From: a virus
Taxonomy: Duplodnaviria > Caudoviricetes
Length of the DNA stretch: 61,342 nt
Direction: 5' to 3' (one strand)
IMG/VR virus record: IMGVR_UViG_3300048574_000496
Coordinates: 1 to 61,342 of that record
The translations under genes and the position numbers were made by a program. The notes beneath the pieces were generated by a model. That model did no database searches. It was not told the DNA's origin and worked only from the letters and a program-made list of their open reading frames with translations. Below are positions 44,596-54,400 of the stretch, piece by piece; the stretch's first letter is position 1, and each line of letters opens with the position of its first letter.

Positions 44596-46332
44596 TTGAA
44601 TCAATATAGGTATCAGCTTATGAATGGTGACGTTTCGTTTGATGTCGGATCTGCAATTCCATATCTAGTGGATTCTTTAAAAAGTTTATTTGGAAAGGAT
44701 TCGTTAAGTGTCTCAGCAAGACACAGATTCGAGCATCTTTCTAAAATTTCGATAGATATTGCGTCTCATGTTCAATGCATTGGCATGTGGAAGCCGATTC
44801 CAATATCAAAAATATACCAACAAACAAGACTTTACGACTCGCCTGTATACAATAATGAAGAAGAAATAAAATATATTGAAATTTCTAGAATTATAGAAAA
44901 TGATGAAAATATAGTAGTAACAGCTGGACCAGGTGACGGGAAGACAGTTTTTACGCACTGGATTTTCATGCATCTTATTAATGTAAAAAAATATACGCCT
45001 ATGCTTTTTACATTGAGATTGCCAGATTCTATCTCTAGCCTGGAGATATTTATAGAAGATTTAAAAAATGTAAAATATTTTTCAACTAAAAACACCAAAA
45101 TTATTTTACTGATTGATGGCTATGATGAGGTTGGCAAAAAAGACAGGGAAAAAATATCAGGAATATTGAGGGTGTTCAGGTCGTTAAGAATAGGAAAGTT
45201 CATACTTACATGCCGATCTCATTATGAATTATTCGACCTGCAAGCTTCTCAATATTGGATTGCAAAATTTAACAAAAACGATGCGTTGGGGTTCTGTGAG
45301 AATTTCATGCAGGCTTATGGAGTCGAAACAGATATCCCTGCTATGTTATTGGAACTTGAACGTAAAGGCTTCAAAAGTTTCACCGAGCATCCTCTAATGC
45401 TTGCGTTGGTTTGTATTCTTCGATCAACACCACGTCTTGGATTGCCGAGAAGTTCTCTTGGCCTTATACGACGTGCAATCGATACACTGACATTAAGGTG
45501 GGATGACTCCAAGGGCATAGTACGCGACTCTGCGATGCCATTGGATGGCGAAGAAAGGGTTCGCTGCCTCATGCGTATCGCTTATGAACTAGATAAATTG
45601 GTCGGCCCAGAGTCAATAATACTTGGATCAATAATGAAACACCTCAAACGTCAGCAAGTAGGAGGCGTGGACGCGAGGAAATTATTAAAAGAATTATCAC
45701 AATGGTACGGACTGCTAGTTCCAGTATCTTTGGAAGATTGGACATTTACACATCGAACAATACATGATTTTTTGGCTGCTCGGTTTTGGGTAGAAAGCGG
45801 GGAGTTTTCCTTAAATACCATTCAATCTTGGGACACTAGAGCTGCATATGCAATGTGTACAGTCCCTGATGCCACACGTTTTATTCAAAGAGCCTTAAGT
45901 TGTGATTGCGAAATGCATGTATTCAATCAGTGCCTTTTCAACAAAGCAATTTTTGATACAAATGAAGTTGCTGGTTCAATTATAGCTTATTTCAGCAGAA
46001 AAAAAAATGTATTTCACAAAAGATCTGCCAAATGTATGAGTGTTAAAATGCTTCCTTCAGATGATTTTTTCAATGATGCGAGTGTTGAATTTTTAGAATC
46101 GATGATATTTACGGCCATTAATTATAAGAACAAAAACGAGGCTAGTAATACAATTATTGCATATTCATTATATGAACTTTTTATCCGCAAGCTTTCAATA
46201 AATAGAGACCTTTACGGTCAAGCTCTGCAATATTTTGGAAATCATAATTTTTTAATAAATATACAAAAAGGTAAATATCAAAAGGAGCTTATTTTGTATC
46301 AGGTTTCCAATAATGATGATGCAGAATGCTAA
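44596..46332 (+). CDS. NACHT-family STAND NTPase (candidate anti-phage protein)
   Basis: Walker A GPGDGKT, Walker B LLIDGYDE, ILTCR, HPLMLALVC, FTHRTIHDFLAA; AT-rich; opposite strand to phage genes. Confidence 0.85.
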   Translation: MNQYRYQLMNGDVSFDVGSAIPYLVDSLKSLFGKDSLSVSARHRFEHLSKISIDIASHVQCIGMWKPIPISKIYQQTRLYDSPVYNNEEEIKYIEISRIIENDENIVVTAGPGDGKTVFTHWIFMHLINVKKYTPMLFTLRLPDSISSLEIFIEDLKNVKYFSTKNTKIILLIDGYDEVGKKDREKISGILRVFRSLRIGKFILTCRSHYELFDLQASQYWIAKFNKNDALGFCENFMQAYGVETDIPAMLLELERKGFKSFTEHPLMLALVCILRSTPRLGLPRSSLGLIRRAIDTLTLRWDDSKGIVRDSAMPLDGEERVRCLMRIAYELDKLVGPESIILGSIMKHLKRQQVGGVDARKLLKELSQWYGLLVPVSLEDWTFTHRTIHDFLAARFWVESGEFSLNTIQSWDTRAAYAMCTVPDATRFIQRALSCDCEMHVFNQCLFNKAIFDTNEVAGSIIAYFSRKKNVFHKRSAKCMSVKMLPSDDFFNDASVEFLESMIFTAINYKNKNEASNTIIAYSLYELFIRKLSINRDLYGQALQYFGNHNFLINIQKGKYQKELILYQVSNNDDAEC

Positions 46333-46561
46333 CCTTTTGAGATGCTCCGGAACCAGATCTAAGAGGAAGGACGACATTGGATGTATAATCCAGGCACCGG
46401 ATCGTAGCTGTCGCAGAGTCTTTTACCGACTATGCCGTTACATCCTCAACTACCGCCAGAGACACTGCGAATATTCGATTTTCAAAAGTTCATATATCTC
46501 TGAACAATATTGACCTTCGGGATATTCGTTCTTTCCCTGAGCATTACACCAATCCAGCTCA

Positions 46562-46880
46562 CGCGGACTACCCCAGACCGTGGATGCTCATCAAAACGGA
46601 ATTCTCGCGCCATATCCCCCAAGGGGAACGCCGGAGGGCGAGCAAAGGGGAACGCGCCATCTGGCAACGCCGATAATGGGAACACCTCATCCGAGACGAA
46701 GGAGACTTGGCCAGACATATGGATTACATCCATTTCAATCCAGTGAAACACGGCCATGTGGCCCGTGCGGGTGGATTGGCCGTACTCGAGCATCCACCGG
46801 TATATTGAGGCAGGGATGATTAACCGCGACTGGGGAAATGGTATCTGCGTAAACGATAAAAGGGGCTATGGAGAGAGAAT
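46562..46880 (+). pseudogene. Fragment of a REP-associated tyrosine transposase (RAYT)
   Basis: W..IK..FSR...GERAIWQRR*WEHLIRDE.D...HMDYIHFNPVKHG, then frameshift to DWPYSSIHRY; 5' part missing. Confidence 0.82.
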
Positions 46881-46886
46881 GATGTT

Positions 46887-46911
46887 GTTGGGGTTCGTTC
46901 CTCACCCCAAC
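46887..46911 (+). repeat. REP-like palindrome next to the RAYT relic
   Basis: GTTGGGGT-TCGTTCCTC-ACCCCAAC. Confidence 0.55.
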
Positions 46912-46995
46912 CTTGCTTCGATATTGTCCCTGCGGCAATAGTTGGCGTTAATGGAGGAACGATTATTTTCAAGAGCTTGCGTAGAGAGACAGCCT

Positions 46996-48438
46996 ATGGC
47001 AATAAGCATTTTGCACATTTCCGACCTTCATCGTGACCCGTCCCTTGGAATTGCTAACGGCCCGCTGGTGCGCTCGCTACTTAACGACCGTAATCGATAT
47101 ACTGTTGGGAATACACCGATTTTATCTCCGTCGCTAATTGTTGTCAGTGGGGACATTGTTTACGGTGTTCCGATGTCGCATCCCACTCCCGACTCCGCAC
47201 TTGCTGCACAATATCAAGAAGCTGAGGAATTTCTTGTCCAGTTGGCCGATAAATTTCTCGGTGGCGAACGCCAGCGGTTGATTCTTGTGCCTGGCAATCA
47301 TGATGTCAGCTTTCCTGCAACACTCGCAGCTCTCACTCCTCTCACCTTGCCCCCCCCCTCTTGCAACGAAGCCTTGGCAGATTTATTTTCCCCCCACTCA
47401 ACGCATCGATGGTCTTGGGAAAACTTGCAACTATTCAAATTGTCAGATAACGACGGCTATAATCGGCGTATTGCACTCTTCGCTGACCTTTACTCCCGTT
47501 TTTATGAAGGTGCTCGTAGCTTCAGCCTCTCACCAGAGGAACAGTACGATATTTTCTCCTTTCCATCTCACAGTGTCGTAGTTGCAGCATTCAGTAGTTG
47601 CTATAATAATGACCCCCTTCACAAAGCTGGTTGCATCCACCCTGAAGCCATTGCAGCAGCGGCACGAGAAGTTGATAGTCTTCGCTATGAGGGATACATC
47701 CCTATAGCCGTATGGCATCACAATACGGCTGGTGGCCCTCACTCTGACGACTACATGGACGCTGACACCCTTCAGGTGTTGATCGACTGTGGGTTCAGCA
47801 TTGGACTACACGGACACCAGCATAAGCCAACATTCGTTGATGAACGATTTCGTTTTGATACTGGTCGAAAGATCACCGTCATCAGTGCTGGAACTCTTTG
47901 CGGTGGACTTCGCTCTCTTCCGCATGGACACAATCGATCATACAACGTGATCGAAATTGATACTGCCGCCTTTTCCGCAACTGTGCATCAGAGGCAAATG
48001 GTCAACGAGACGCTTTCAGCTCCTATTTGGTCCGCTGGGTGGTATGCCGAGTCCAACACAAACATGATTACTTTCCAGGTCCAGAAGCCATTAGTTCCTA
48101 TTCGGTCCTTAAACGCTGGGTTAGCTCATGCCGAATCATTGATTGCAAAGGCTGACTATTATGGCGCGAGAGATATGTTGCTTGCACTAGCTCCAGTTGA
48201 CGGGATCGCACGACGATTGCTAGCAGAGTGTTACGATTTTGTGCCGTATGACACCAATATGGTGAGTTATTTGTTTCCGCCGCAGTCTATCGGCGAGGCA
48301 TTGCTGCTCGCAGATGCCCTCTGGGAAATGGGGGATAGGGATCGCCTCGGCACGTTACTAAGCCTGAGTGTCGTTGCCGACAGTAACGATCCAGCGGCGA
48401 CCGAATTGCTCCATAAATACCAAGCGAGGGTTAAATGA
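46996..48438 (+). CDS. Calcineurin-like metallophosphoesterase with helical (TPR-like) C-terminus
   Basis: HISDLH, SGD, PGNHD, WHH, LHGHQH metal-binding motifs. Confidence 0.88.
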   Translation: MAISILHISDLHRDPSLGIANGPLVRSLLNDRNRYTVGNTPILSPSLIVVSGDIVYGVPMSHPTPDSALAAQYQEAEEFLVQLADKFLGGERQRLILVPGNHDVSFPATLAALTPLTLPPPSCNEALADLFSPHSTHRWSWENLQLFKLSDNDGYNRRIALFADLYSRFYEGARSFSLSPEEQYDIFSFPSHSVVVAAFSSCYNNDPLHKAGCIHPEAIAAAAREVDSLRYEGYIPIAVWHHNTAGGPHSDDYMDADTLQVLIDCGFSIGLHGHQHKPTFVDERFRFDTGRKITVISAGTLCGGLRSLPHGHNRSYNVIEIDTAAFSATVHQRQMVNETLSAPIWSAGWYAESNTNMITFQVQKPLVPIRSLNAGLAHAESLIAKADYYGARDMLLALAPVDGIARRLLAECYDFVPYDTNMVSYLFPPQSIGEALLLADALWEMGDRDRLGTLLSLSVVADSNDPAATELLHKYQARVK

Positions 48439-50780
48439 GCACATCAATAGACGAACGCATTACCTTAGAAGTCGAGACGAGCCGAGTCCTTGATATTCTC
48501 TGTAAAGAGATTTATGACTCGCCGTTAGCTATGCTGCGTGAAAATGTTCAGAATGCTTATGATGCGATACTGATGAGGGCATCGTTGGAAGGCACTTCGT
48601 TAGCGGAGGGTAGAATTACCCTTAATTTGTCAGGCAAACAGATCATCATTGAGGATAATGGCATTGGGATGACCGAGGAAGTTCTTCGGAGGAACTTCTG
48701 GAAAGCTGGGTCGAGCGGCAAGCGAGGTGAGTTGGCGATGCGTTCTGGAGTAATCGGAACCTTCGGAATTGGCGCTATGGCAAACTTCGGAGTTTGCACT
48801 GATCTAGAGGTCGAAACAAGGGCCGTCACTAGCGATGAAACACTAATCAGCATTGCCAAACGTGATGAACTGTCCATTGCGAGGGATTGCATTGCATTAA
48901 ACCGTCAGAAAGACGATCGCATGCCAGGGACTCGATTGACGGTCATGCTTGATCCGAAAAATATTATTACTCCCGAGAAAGCTCAAGCTTACTTGGAGCA
49001 ATATGTGCGCTACGTCCCTGTCGGTATCTATATCAACGGCAAACTAGTTAGTAAGCAATCACTTCACGAGCGATATCTCCAGCGAACAAAAGATTCTCAG
49101 TCACTCGGTACACTCAACGTGAAACTTGGTGACTACCATTGCACAGTTGAGGCGTTTTGCGACTCAAACGCTGTGGCTGCGTGTAGAATTTTAAACCTAA
49201 ATTTGGGGGGTGAGGCCGTGATGGGGGAAGCGGTTTTCCTTCAAGGAGCTGGGCAGTTGATGGGCCTTCGGAATTTTTTTGGCCTAGCCCCCGCACCTGT
49301 TGGTGGATACTATAATCTTGGTGGAGTTGCGAACCTGACGATCCTCCAGCCTACTGCTGGTAGGGAGGCGCTCAGCCGGGACAGTATCTTACATTTGAAT
49401 AATGTGATTCAAATGGCGGAATACGCTATCAGCGAAAAGATCGCGGGAACGGCCTTTGCAGATCGCAGTAATAACTTCATGCAATACATTCTATCTAAAA
49501 ATAAACTTGAATGGGCGTCGAACATTACAATTGAGATGCTGCCGACAAGAGAGAATGTCCGCCTGACAGACATCCCAAGCAGGACGGAAGGGAAAGGTTA
49601 CTTTTACATGGGCCGTGACCCGCAAATGATCGAAACATTCGCCTCATCTGAATCACCATTGTTATGTGTCGGTCAGTCAAACCCAAGAAAAAACATTCAG
49701 ACCCGGTATCTAAGAGAATTCCTTAAGTTTCCCGAAGTGCCGGATAAGGCAACGACCACAAAGGTCTATGATGGTCCAGATCTATCCTTTGAGGAGGCGG
49801 TATTTCTGGTTCGAGTTGCCACCGTATTGAGTGACGATTACTTGCTCCCAAACGCGTCGGTTCGATTGGCAGAAATCACGCACGGTGTAAATGTCCTTGT
49901 AGAGCGGGTAGGCGAGAATGCTAATGTATTCATCGCAAAGGGAATGAAAGCAATTCAGCCGATTCTCAGTTGCTACAGGTCTGCACCGGAAGTGTTCTCA
50001 GGTTTTGTGAAAGACTTTGTGCGTGGGCAACTCTACAAGAAAATAGCCGAATTCGTTCCTTCATCAACGAGACAAGGCGCTGATGTACTCTTTAAGCTGC
50101 TACAACGAAATCGCGAACTGTATCGCTATGAGCAGAGTGAGTTGGGGGAACTCGAGCCCCTATTGGCTGATGTTCTTTCAGGTGACAAAAATCTTGGGGA
50201 AGTGATTAGGGCTGCACGCGCTCATGGTAGTTCACAATCAATCCGGGTTCAAAAGGCAGATGTCGGGCAGGTGGAGCAGCATATGCCAGATGTTGTTTCG
50301 TCCCCGGAACCCGATGTGGTTCCAGATTCTGGTTTTAACCATTTTGATGCCGCACCAGCGGTGATGAGGCCCGAACTCGAATGCACTGCGAAGATTTTAG
50401 TGGCGAGTCAGAGGTATCCACAACTAAACGGCTGCGAGCTGTTTCTTGGCTTGTCTGATAAGGCATTGAAACGTGAGGGGGAGTTCTTTCGATTTCCTCA
50501 CACCACGAAGGTAATTTGGGCTGGTCATCGGGTTGTTTATATTTTCAACCATGCTTCTGGCGGGCTATCTCTGTATTACGATATTGAGCTTAAGGAGCCT
50601 CTTCAGACTCCGGATGCAGCTGGAACGGCAATGCCTTCTACAACTCTATTTACGAAGAATAGAATCTTTATTCCAGTTCCCGCTCCATTAGTCCATGAAT
50701 TCATGATCACTGAAGGTTTTAAGGAGTTTTACGTTCGATTTGATGTCGTCGTGGCTTCAACGGTGTCTGAAATGCAATAA
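48435..50780 (+). CDS. Hsp90-like GHKL ATPase with long uncharacterised C-terminus
   Basis: LRENVQNAYDA, IEDNGIGM, GTFGIG, GTRLTV motifs; ATGA overlap with the phosphoesterase gene. Confidence 0.85.
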   Translation: MSTSIDERITLEVETSRVLDILCKEIYDSPLAMLRENVQNAYDAILMRASLEGTSLAEGRITLNLSGKQIIIEDNGIGMTEEVLRRNFWKAGSSGKRGELAMRSGVIGTFGIGAMANFGVCTDLEVETRAVTSDETLISIAKRDELSIARDCIALNRQKDDRMPGTRLTVMLDPKNIITPEKAQAYLEQYVRYVPVGIYINGKLVSKQSLHERYLQRTKDSQSLGTLNVKLGDYHCTVEAFCDSNAVAACRILNLNLGGEAVMGEAVFLQGAGQLMGLRNFFGLAPAPVGGYYNLGGVANLTILQPTAGREALSRDSILHLNNVIQMAEYAISEKIAGTAFADRSNNFMQYILSKNKLEWASNITIEMLPTRENVRLTDIPSRTEGKGYFYMGRDPQMIETFASSESPLLCVGQSNPRKNIQTRYLREFLKFPEVPDKATTTKVYDGPDLSFEEAVFLVRVATVLSDDYLLPNASVRLAEITHGVNVLVERVGENANVFIAKGMKAIQPILSCYRSAPEVFSGFVKDFVRGQLYKKIAEFVPSSTRQGADVLFKLLQRNRELYRYEQSELGELEPLLADVLSGDKNLGEVIRAARAHGSSQSIRVQKADVGQVEQHMPDVVSSPEPDVVPDSGFNHFDAAPAVMRPELECTAKILVASQRYPQLNGCELFLGLSDKALKREGEFFRFPHTTKVIWAGHRVVYIFNHASGGLSLYYDIELKEPLQTPDAAGTAMPSTTLFTKNRIFIPVPAPLVHEFMITEGFKEFYVRFDVVVASTVSEMQ

Positions 50781-50829
50781 CAGATGAATTCTCTTAACGT
50801 GTCCCAGTATCTCCTGTTTACCCTGCTCT

Positions 50830-51150
50830 TCAAAACAACCTCAACTGCCGCCCATCCATCTTCCCTAAAATATTCCAGATCTGCCGTTCCTGCAGCCCAT
50901 ACTTCCGGGCCAGATCCGTTCCGGAATACCGGCCGGTATCATAGTCACGACGGATACACTGGTCCCGCCAGCTCCGCCGCCAGGTCTTCCAACCGTAGAT
51001 CCGCAGTGAGATCCCGTCAAACCGCTGGGCCAGCTTGAGGGCGTTGCCCACGCCGATCAGTTCCGCCACCCGACGCATGTCGCCGTTCAGATCCTCCAGT
51101 TGGGGCCAGGCATCCGGCGGTAGTTCGAACGATTCTTCCTGCCTGTTCAC
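50830..51150 (-). CDS. mor: Mor/C family transcription activator
   Basis: IG...A.KL...F.G...RD..IR..Y...LARKYGLQERQIWNIL, Q.RLF. Confidence 0.85.
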   Translation of the reverse strand: MNRQEESFELPPDAWPQLEDLNGDMRRVAELIGVGNALKLAQRFDGISLRIYGWKTWRRSWRDQCIRRDYDTGRYSGTDLARKYGLQERQIWNILGKMDGRQLRLF

Positions 51151-51584
51151 TGCTTGCTTGTTCCTTGCGTCTTTAATCGATGCTCCAGGTCGGTGATCAG
51201 GATATGCAGGGCCTCATGGTCATCCAGCCACTCAAACCGGTCCACCCCGAACTGCTTCTTCACCCTGGCGTGTAGCTTGCCCATGTCGTAGCCCAGGGCA
51301 TGCCACAGGGCCAGCACCTTGCGCTGCTGCTTGGCGGCCGGTCCGGGCTTGATCTCGATAAACTGGCCGCTGGTTTTCCGCCGCTGACCAGGATTGAATG
51401 GAGCAGGCTTCCATCCCTTGGCCTTGAACAGCTCGATCAGCTCCAGGGCCTGTTGCTCGGTCAACTCCTTGGCCGACGCCACCCCGAAGTTGAACCCCAG
51501 CATATCCCGGTAGGTTGCATCACTCAGCGCCAGTTCCTTCTTGGCAATATGGATCCTGGCCAGTACGCTCTTGCTCGGACTCAT
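51147..51584 (-). CDS. gemA: Mu gp16 / GemA regulatory protein (DUF1018)
   Basis: LARIHIAKKELAL...YR.ML....GV.SAKEL, KV.ALW. Confidence 0.88.
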   Translation of the reverse strand: MSPSKSVLARIHIAKKELALSDATYRDMLGFNFGVASAKELTEQQALELIELFKAKGWKPAPFNPGQRRKTSGQFIEIKPGPAAKQQRKVLALWHALGYDMGKLHARVKKQFGVDRFEWLDDHEALHILITDLEHRLKTQGTSKQ

Positions 51585-52098
51585 GTGGAACTCCATGTTG
51601 GGCGAGGTATTTGCGCATGATCTCACTCATGCCGTCTTCCGTGGGTTGGCGGGATACCCGCTGGCTGCCGTCAATCTCCTGGTGCCGCTGGTGCTGCTCC
51701 CGCTGCGCATCCGCCTGGTTGGCCAGCTTGTAAACAATGGAGCGCAGATAGTTGTGGTTCTTCATCGGCAGGTCCAGGGTCCCGGCCAACTCCTGCATCC
51801 GCTCCATGCCCATGACCCAGAATCCCGGCGGGCAGGGCCGGTCCGCCTTGCCTTGCTCCGAAACAAATCCTTTGGCCACCAGGGCAACCAAATCCCTGGT
51901 CAATCGTTCCGCCTTGGCCGACTGGATGGCACAGCCCGAGGCGGGCTTGAACAGGGAGAGATACTTGAGAAAGGGTTTCTGCACTTCATAGGGCAGATCG
52001 GAAAAGGCCTGGAGCATGGCGCCGTATTCCGCCGCATCCACAAAGCAGCTCACCGGCGCCTTGTAGGCACAGCGCGGGCATTTTCCGTTCACGGGCAT
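51520..52098 (-). CDS. Hypothetical Mu-like phage protein
   Basis: CPRC, YLSLFKP, LPMKNHNYL. Confidence 0.7.
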   Translation of the reverse strand: MPVNGKCPRCAYKAPVSCFVDAAEYGAMLQAFSDLPYEVQKPFLKYLSLFKPASGCAIQSAKAERLTRDLVALVAKGFVSEQGKADRPCPPGFWVMGMERMQELAGTLDLPMKNHNYLRSIVYKLANQADAQREQHQRHQEIDGSQRVSRQPTEDGMSEIMRKYLAQHGVPHESEQERTGQDPYCQEGTGAE

Positions 52099-52101
52099 GG
52101 A

Positions 52102-52773
52102 TCACCCGATCTGTTTGCGCTCTTGGCCAGGGACTCCGGCATTCACCTCCACCTCCATTCCGGCGGCATAGCCTTTATAGAGGCTGTCTTCTCCGTTTTT
52201 CATGTTCGTGGCCCGGCTCTTTGCTTCGATAACAAAGGGGTACCTCTGGCGGATGTATTCCTTGATCAAGCCCTCTTCCTTTTCCGATTTTTCCGGCCTG
52301 GTGATATTGCAGGCAACACCCTGCACCCAACCTTCACAGAAGAGATCGGCCCTGGCTGTACGGTTTGCCGCCTTCATCCTCCTGGAAAGGGCGCCGAGAT
52401 ATTGCCTTCGGGCCTGCTTGATCTTGCGCGACAGCACAACATAGAAATAGACCGCAACCTCGATTTTCTCATGTCGACCGATGAACTTGCAAATCGGTTC
52501 CGCCCCCAGGTAGAATTCAACGAAGGGTTCAACCCCGAAAGCCGAGCAGACCACATGAATCAGGCCGACATGCCAGCGTGGCTGTTTTCTGCTGGTATTG
52601 GTCATTTTGGTGGCGACTTCCCCAATGGAAGTCAATTCCACATCCTGCATGGTTAACTGGTATTCCTGCATCAACTGCTGGGCCTTGCTGACCGCGTTGG
52701 CCGCTTCGTGCGGATTGGTGCTTTGGCCAAGCGCCAGCAGTTTCTTGATTTTATCCAACACCTTTTTGTCCAT
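52102..52773 (-). CDS. DUF2786-domain protein
   Basis: KVLDKIKKLLAL..STNPHEAANA..KAQQLM. Confidence 0.85.
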   Translation of the reverse strand: MDKKVLDKIKKLLALGQSTNPHEAANAVSKAQQLMQEYQLTMQDVELTSIGEVATKMTNTSRKQPRWHVGLIHVVCSAFGVEPFVEFYLGAEPICKFIGRHEKIEVAVYFYVVLSRKIKQARRQYLGALSRRMKAANRTARADLFCEGWVQGVACNITRPEKSEKEEGLIKEYIRQRYPFVIEAKSRATNMKNGEDSLYKGYAAGMEVEVNAGVPGQERKQIG

Positions 52774-52888
52774 ATTGTTCTCCCTGGCTGCTCATCAGAT
52801 CCGGAGCACCACCTCCGGATGAACCCGACCGGCGTTGTCAACTGACAGCGCCTGCACCATGCAGGGCCGCCGCCGGCCGGGATTTCGC

Positions 52889-53083
52889 TTATCTGGCTTG
52901 TTGTTCCTTCATGGCGGAGATATCCACCAGAGCAAAGGGCAGGTCGCACAGGGCCTCGGCACGGATCGCCTCCTCGGCCTGGGTGCGGAGATCATGCACG
53001 CCGTCATCGCTAAAGACGGCCTTTACGGTAACGCTTAGGCGGCCTTCCACGCAATAGCGGGCTCCACGCTGGTTTTCGTTCAT
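52889..53083 (-). CDS. Hypothetical protein
   Basis: ATGA-coupled to gam; GGAGG SD. Confidence 0.55.
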   Translation of the reverse strand: MNENQRGARYCVEGRLSVTVKAVFSDDGVHDLRTQAEEAIRAEALCDLPFALVDISAMKEQQAR

Positions 53084-53595
53084 TGCGCCTCCTGCACCTC
53101 GGTATCGTGAACCTCATACCAGAAGGTATCCTTTTCCTTGCGCTTGGCGCCCACCAGGTCCAGCCGCTCTTCGGGCCAGGTGCGCAATTCATCTTTGTTT
53201 ACCGTCTCGGTGGTCCTGATGCCGGCGGTGAACCCCAGCTCCTTTAACCGGCCCAGAACCATGGCCAGGGTATGGCCCGACTTGGTGGCAATCTCGGTGG
53301 ATTTCCGGTAGCCGAGCACGCCATAGGTCAGTTCCTTGCTGCGCCGTTCACCAAAGACTTCCACTTTGTTGTATTCGGCAAAGGCCAGCAGGCCGTTCTC
53401 CAGCCTGGCTATCCGCTCCAGGATCGGCGCCGCCTTGGCCTCGGCCTCTGCCTTGAGCTGGTCGACCTGGTCGGAGAGGTCCTGGTCGATCCGTTCCTTC
53501 TGCCGTTTAAGGGCGCCGATCTCCGCCAGCACGCCGTTGGCCTCGGCCAGATCCTTGACAGGATAGAGGTTGGCGGGTTTCTTCCGCTTGCTCAT
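53080..53595 (-). CDS. gam: Mu Gam-like host-nuclease inhibitor
   Basis: Coiled coil, RSKELTYGVLGYRKS, IR..E.VNKD.L, D.FWYE. Confidence 0.88.
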   Translation of the reverse strand: MSKRKKPANLYPVKDLAEANGVLAEIGALKRQKERIDQDLSDQVDQLKAEAEAKAAPILERIARLENGLLAFAEYNKVEVFGERRSKELTYGVLGYRKSTEIATKSGHTLAMVLGRLKELGFTAGIRTTETVNKDELRTWPEERLDLVGAKRKEKDTFWYEVHDTEVQEAQ

Positions 53596-53945
53596 ACGGC
53601 CTCCAAAACAGCCCCGGCCACCTGCTGGTAGGTGTCGATCCGGTCCGCCGCCAGCTCCAGCGACAGGCGCAACTGCACCAGCCTGCCACTGTCCGGGGCC
53701 TGGTTGTATTCACCGATCAGCTCATACACCCGTGCAATCTGCTCCAGGGCATCCTGGCGGTAGCCCTCCAGCGCCCCTGGCTGGGCCAGTTGCAGCTGCA
53801 GCTCCTGGGCAGTCTCCCAGATCCGGACCAACTGTGCCTGCAGCGCCGGGTCCGGGGCCTCGATCCAGTTGGCGTGCAGCAGGGTGTTGGCGCCGGCTTT
53901 GATAGCCTCCAGTTGTCCCTGCACCTCTACAATCTGTTCTTCCAT
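53592..53945 (-). CDS. Hypothetical helical protein
   Basis: AGGAG SD before MEEQIV; ATGA overlap with gam. Confidence 0.65.
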   Translation of the reverse strand: MEEQIVEVQGQLEAIKAGANTLLHANWIEAPDPALQAQLVRIWETAQELQLQLAQPGALEGYRQDALEQIARVYELIGEYNQAPDSGRLVQLRLSLELAADRIDTYQQVAGAVLEAV

Positions 53946-54064
53946 GGTTGTTCTCCTTCTGGTTGCGGCCCCGTGCCCCAGGCGGTATCCTGAAACCCGG
54001 AGCCGGTTGCAATGGTTTTCCCGCTCCACGTACCAGGCTGGGCGATGTTCCAGCATCGTCCAGC

Positions 54065-54400
54065 CTATTCTTCTTCCCTCGGATCCGTATTGTTCGGGCA
54101 CACCCGGCAGGCCTGGAACATCCGCACCCGGTGCGGATTGGCCGAACTGAAGGGCCGCCGACGATCCCCCACGCATTGCGGATAGGTGATGGTCCCCAGG
54201 ATCGGGCAGTCCACCTCCGCCTTGCCGAACACCTCTTCAACCCGCGTTAAAAAGGCCTCCAGTTGGCCTTTATACTGCCCGGCCAGCACCTGCGAGATGG
54301 TGGCCGCGCTGTACTTCCCGAGCATCTTCACAACTTTTGCCTGGCTGCCATGGGTGGCAACAGTCTCACGCAGCAACTCCAACCGATCTTCATTGGTCAT
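54065..54400 (-). CDS. HTH regulator with Cys-rich C-terminus
   Basis: SQAKV...YSAATISQVLAGQY.G, CPILG, C..C. Confidence 0.8.
   Translation of the reverse strand: MTNEDRLELLRETVATHGSQAKVVKMLGKYSAATISQVLAGQYKGQLEAFLTRVEEVFGKAEVDCPILGTITYPQCVGDRRRPFSSANPHRVRMFQACRVCPNNTDPREEE

Noticed and set aside
48435-50780. Housekeeping htpG
   Set aside because: Longer than HtpG, divergent beyond the ATPase domain, located in prophage cargo and coupled to a phosphoesterase gene.
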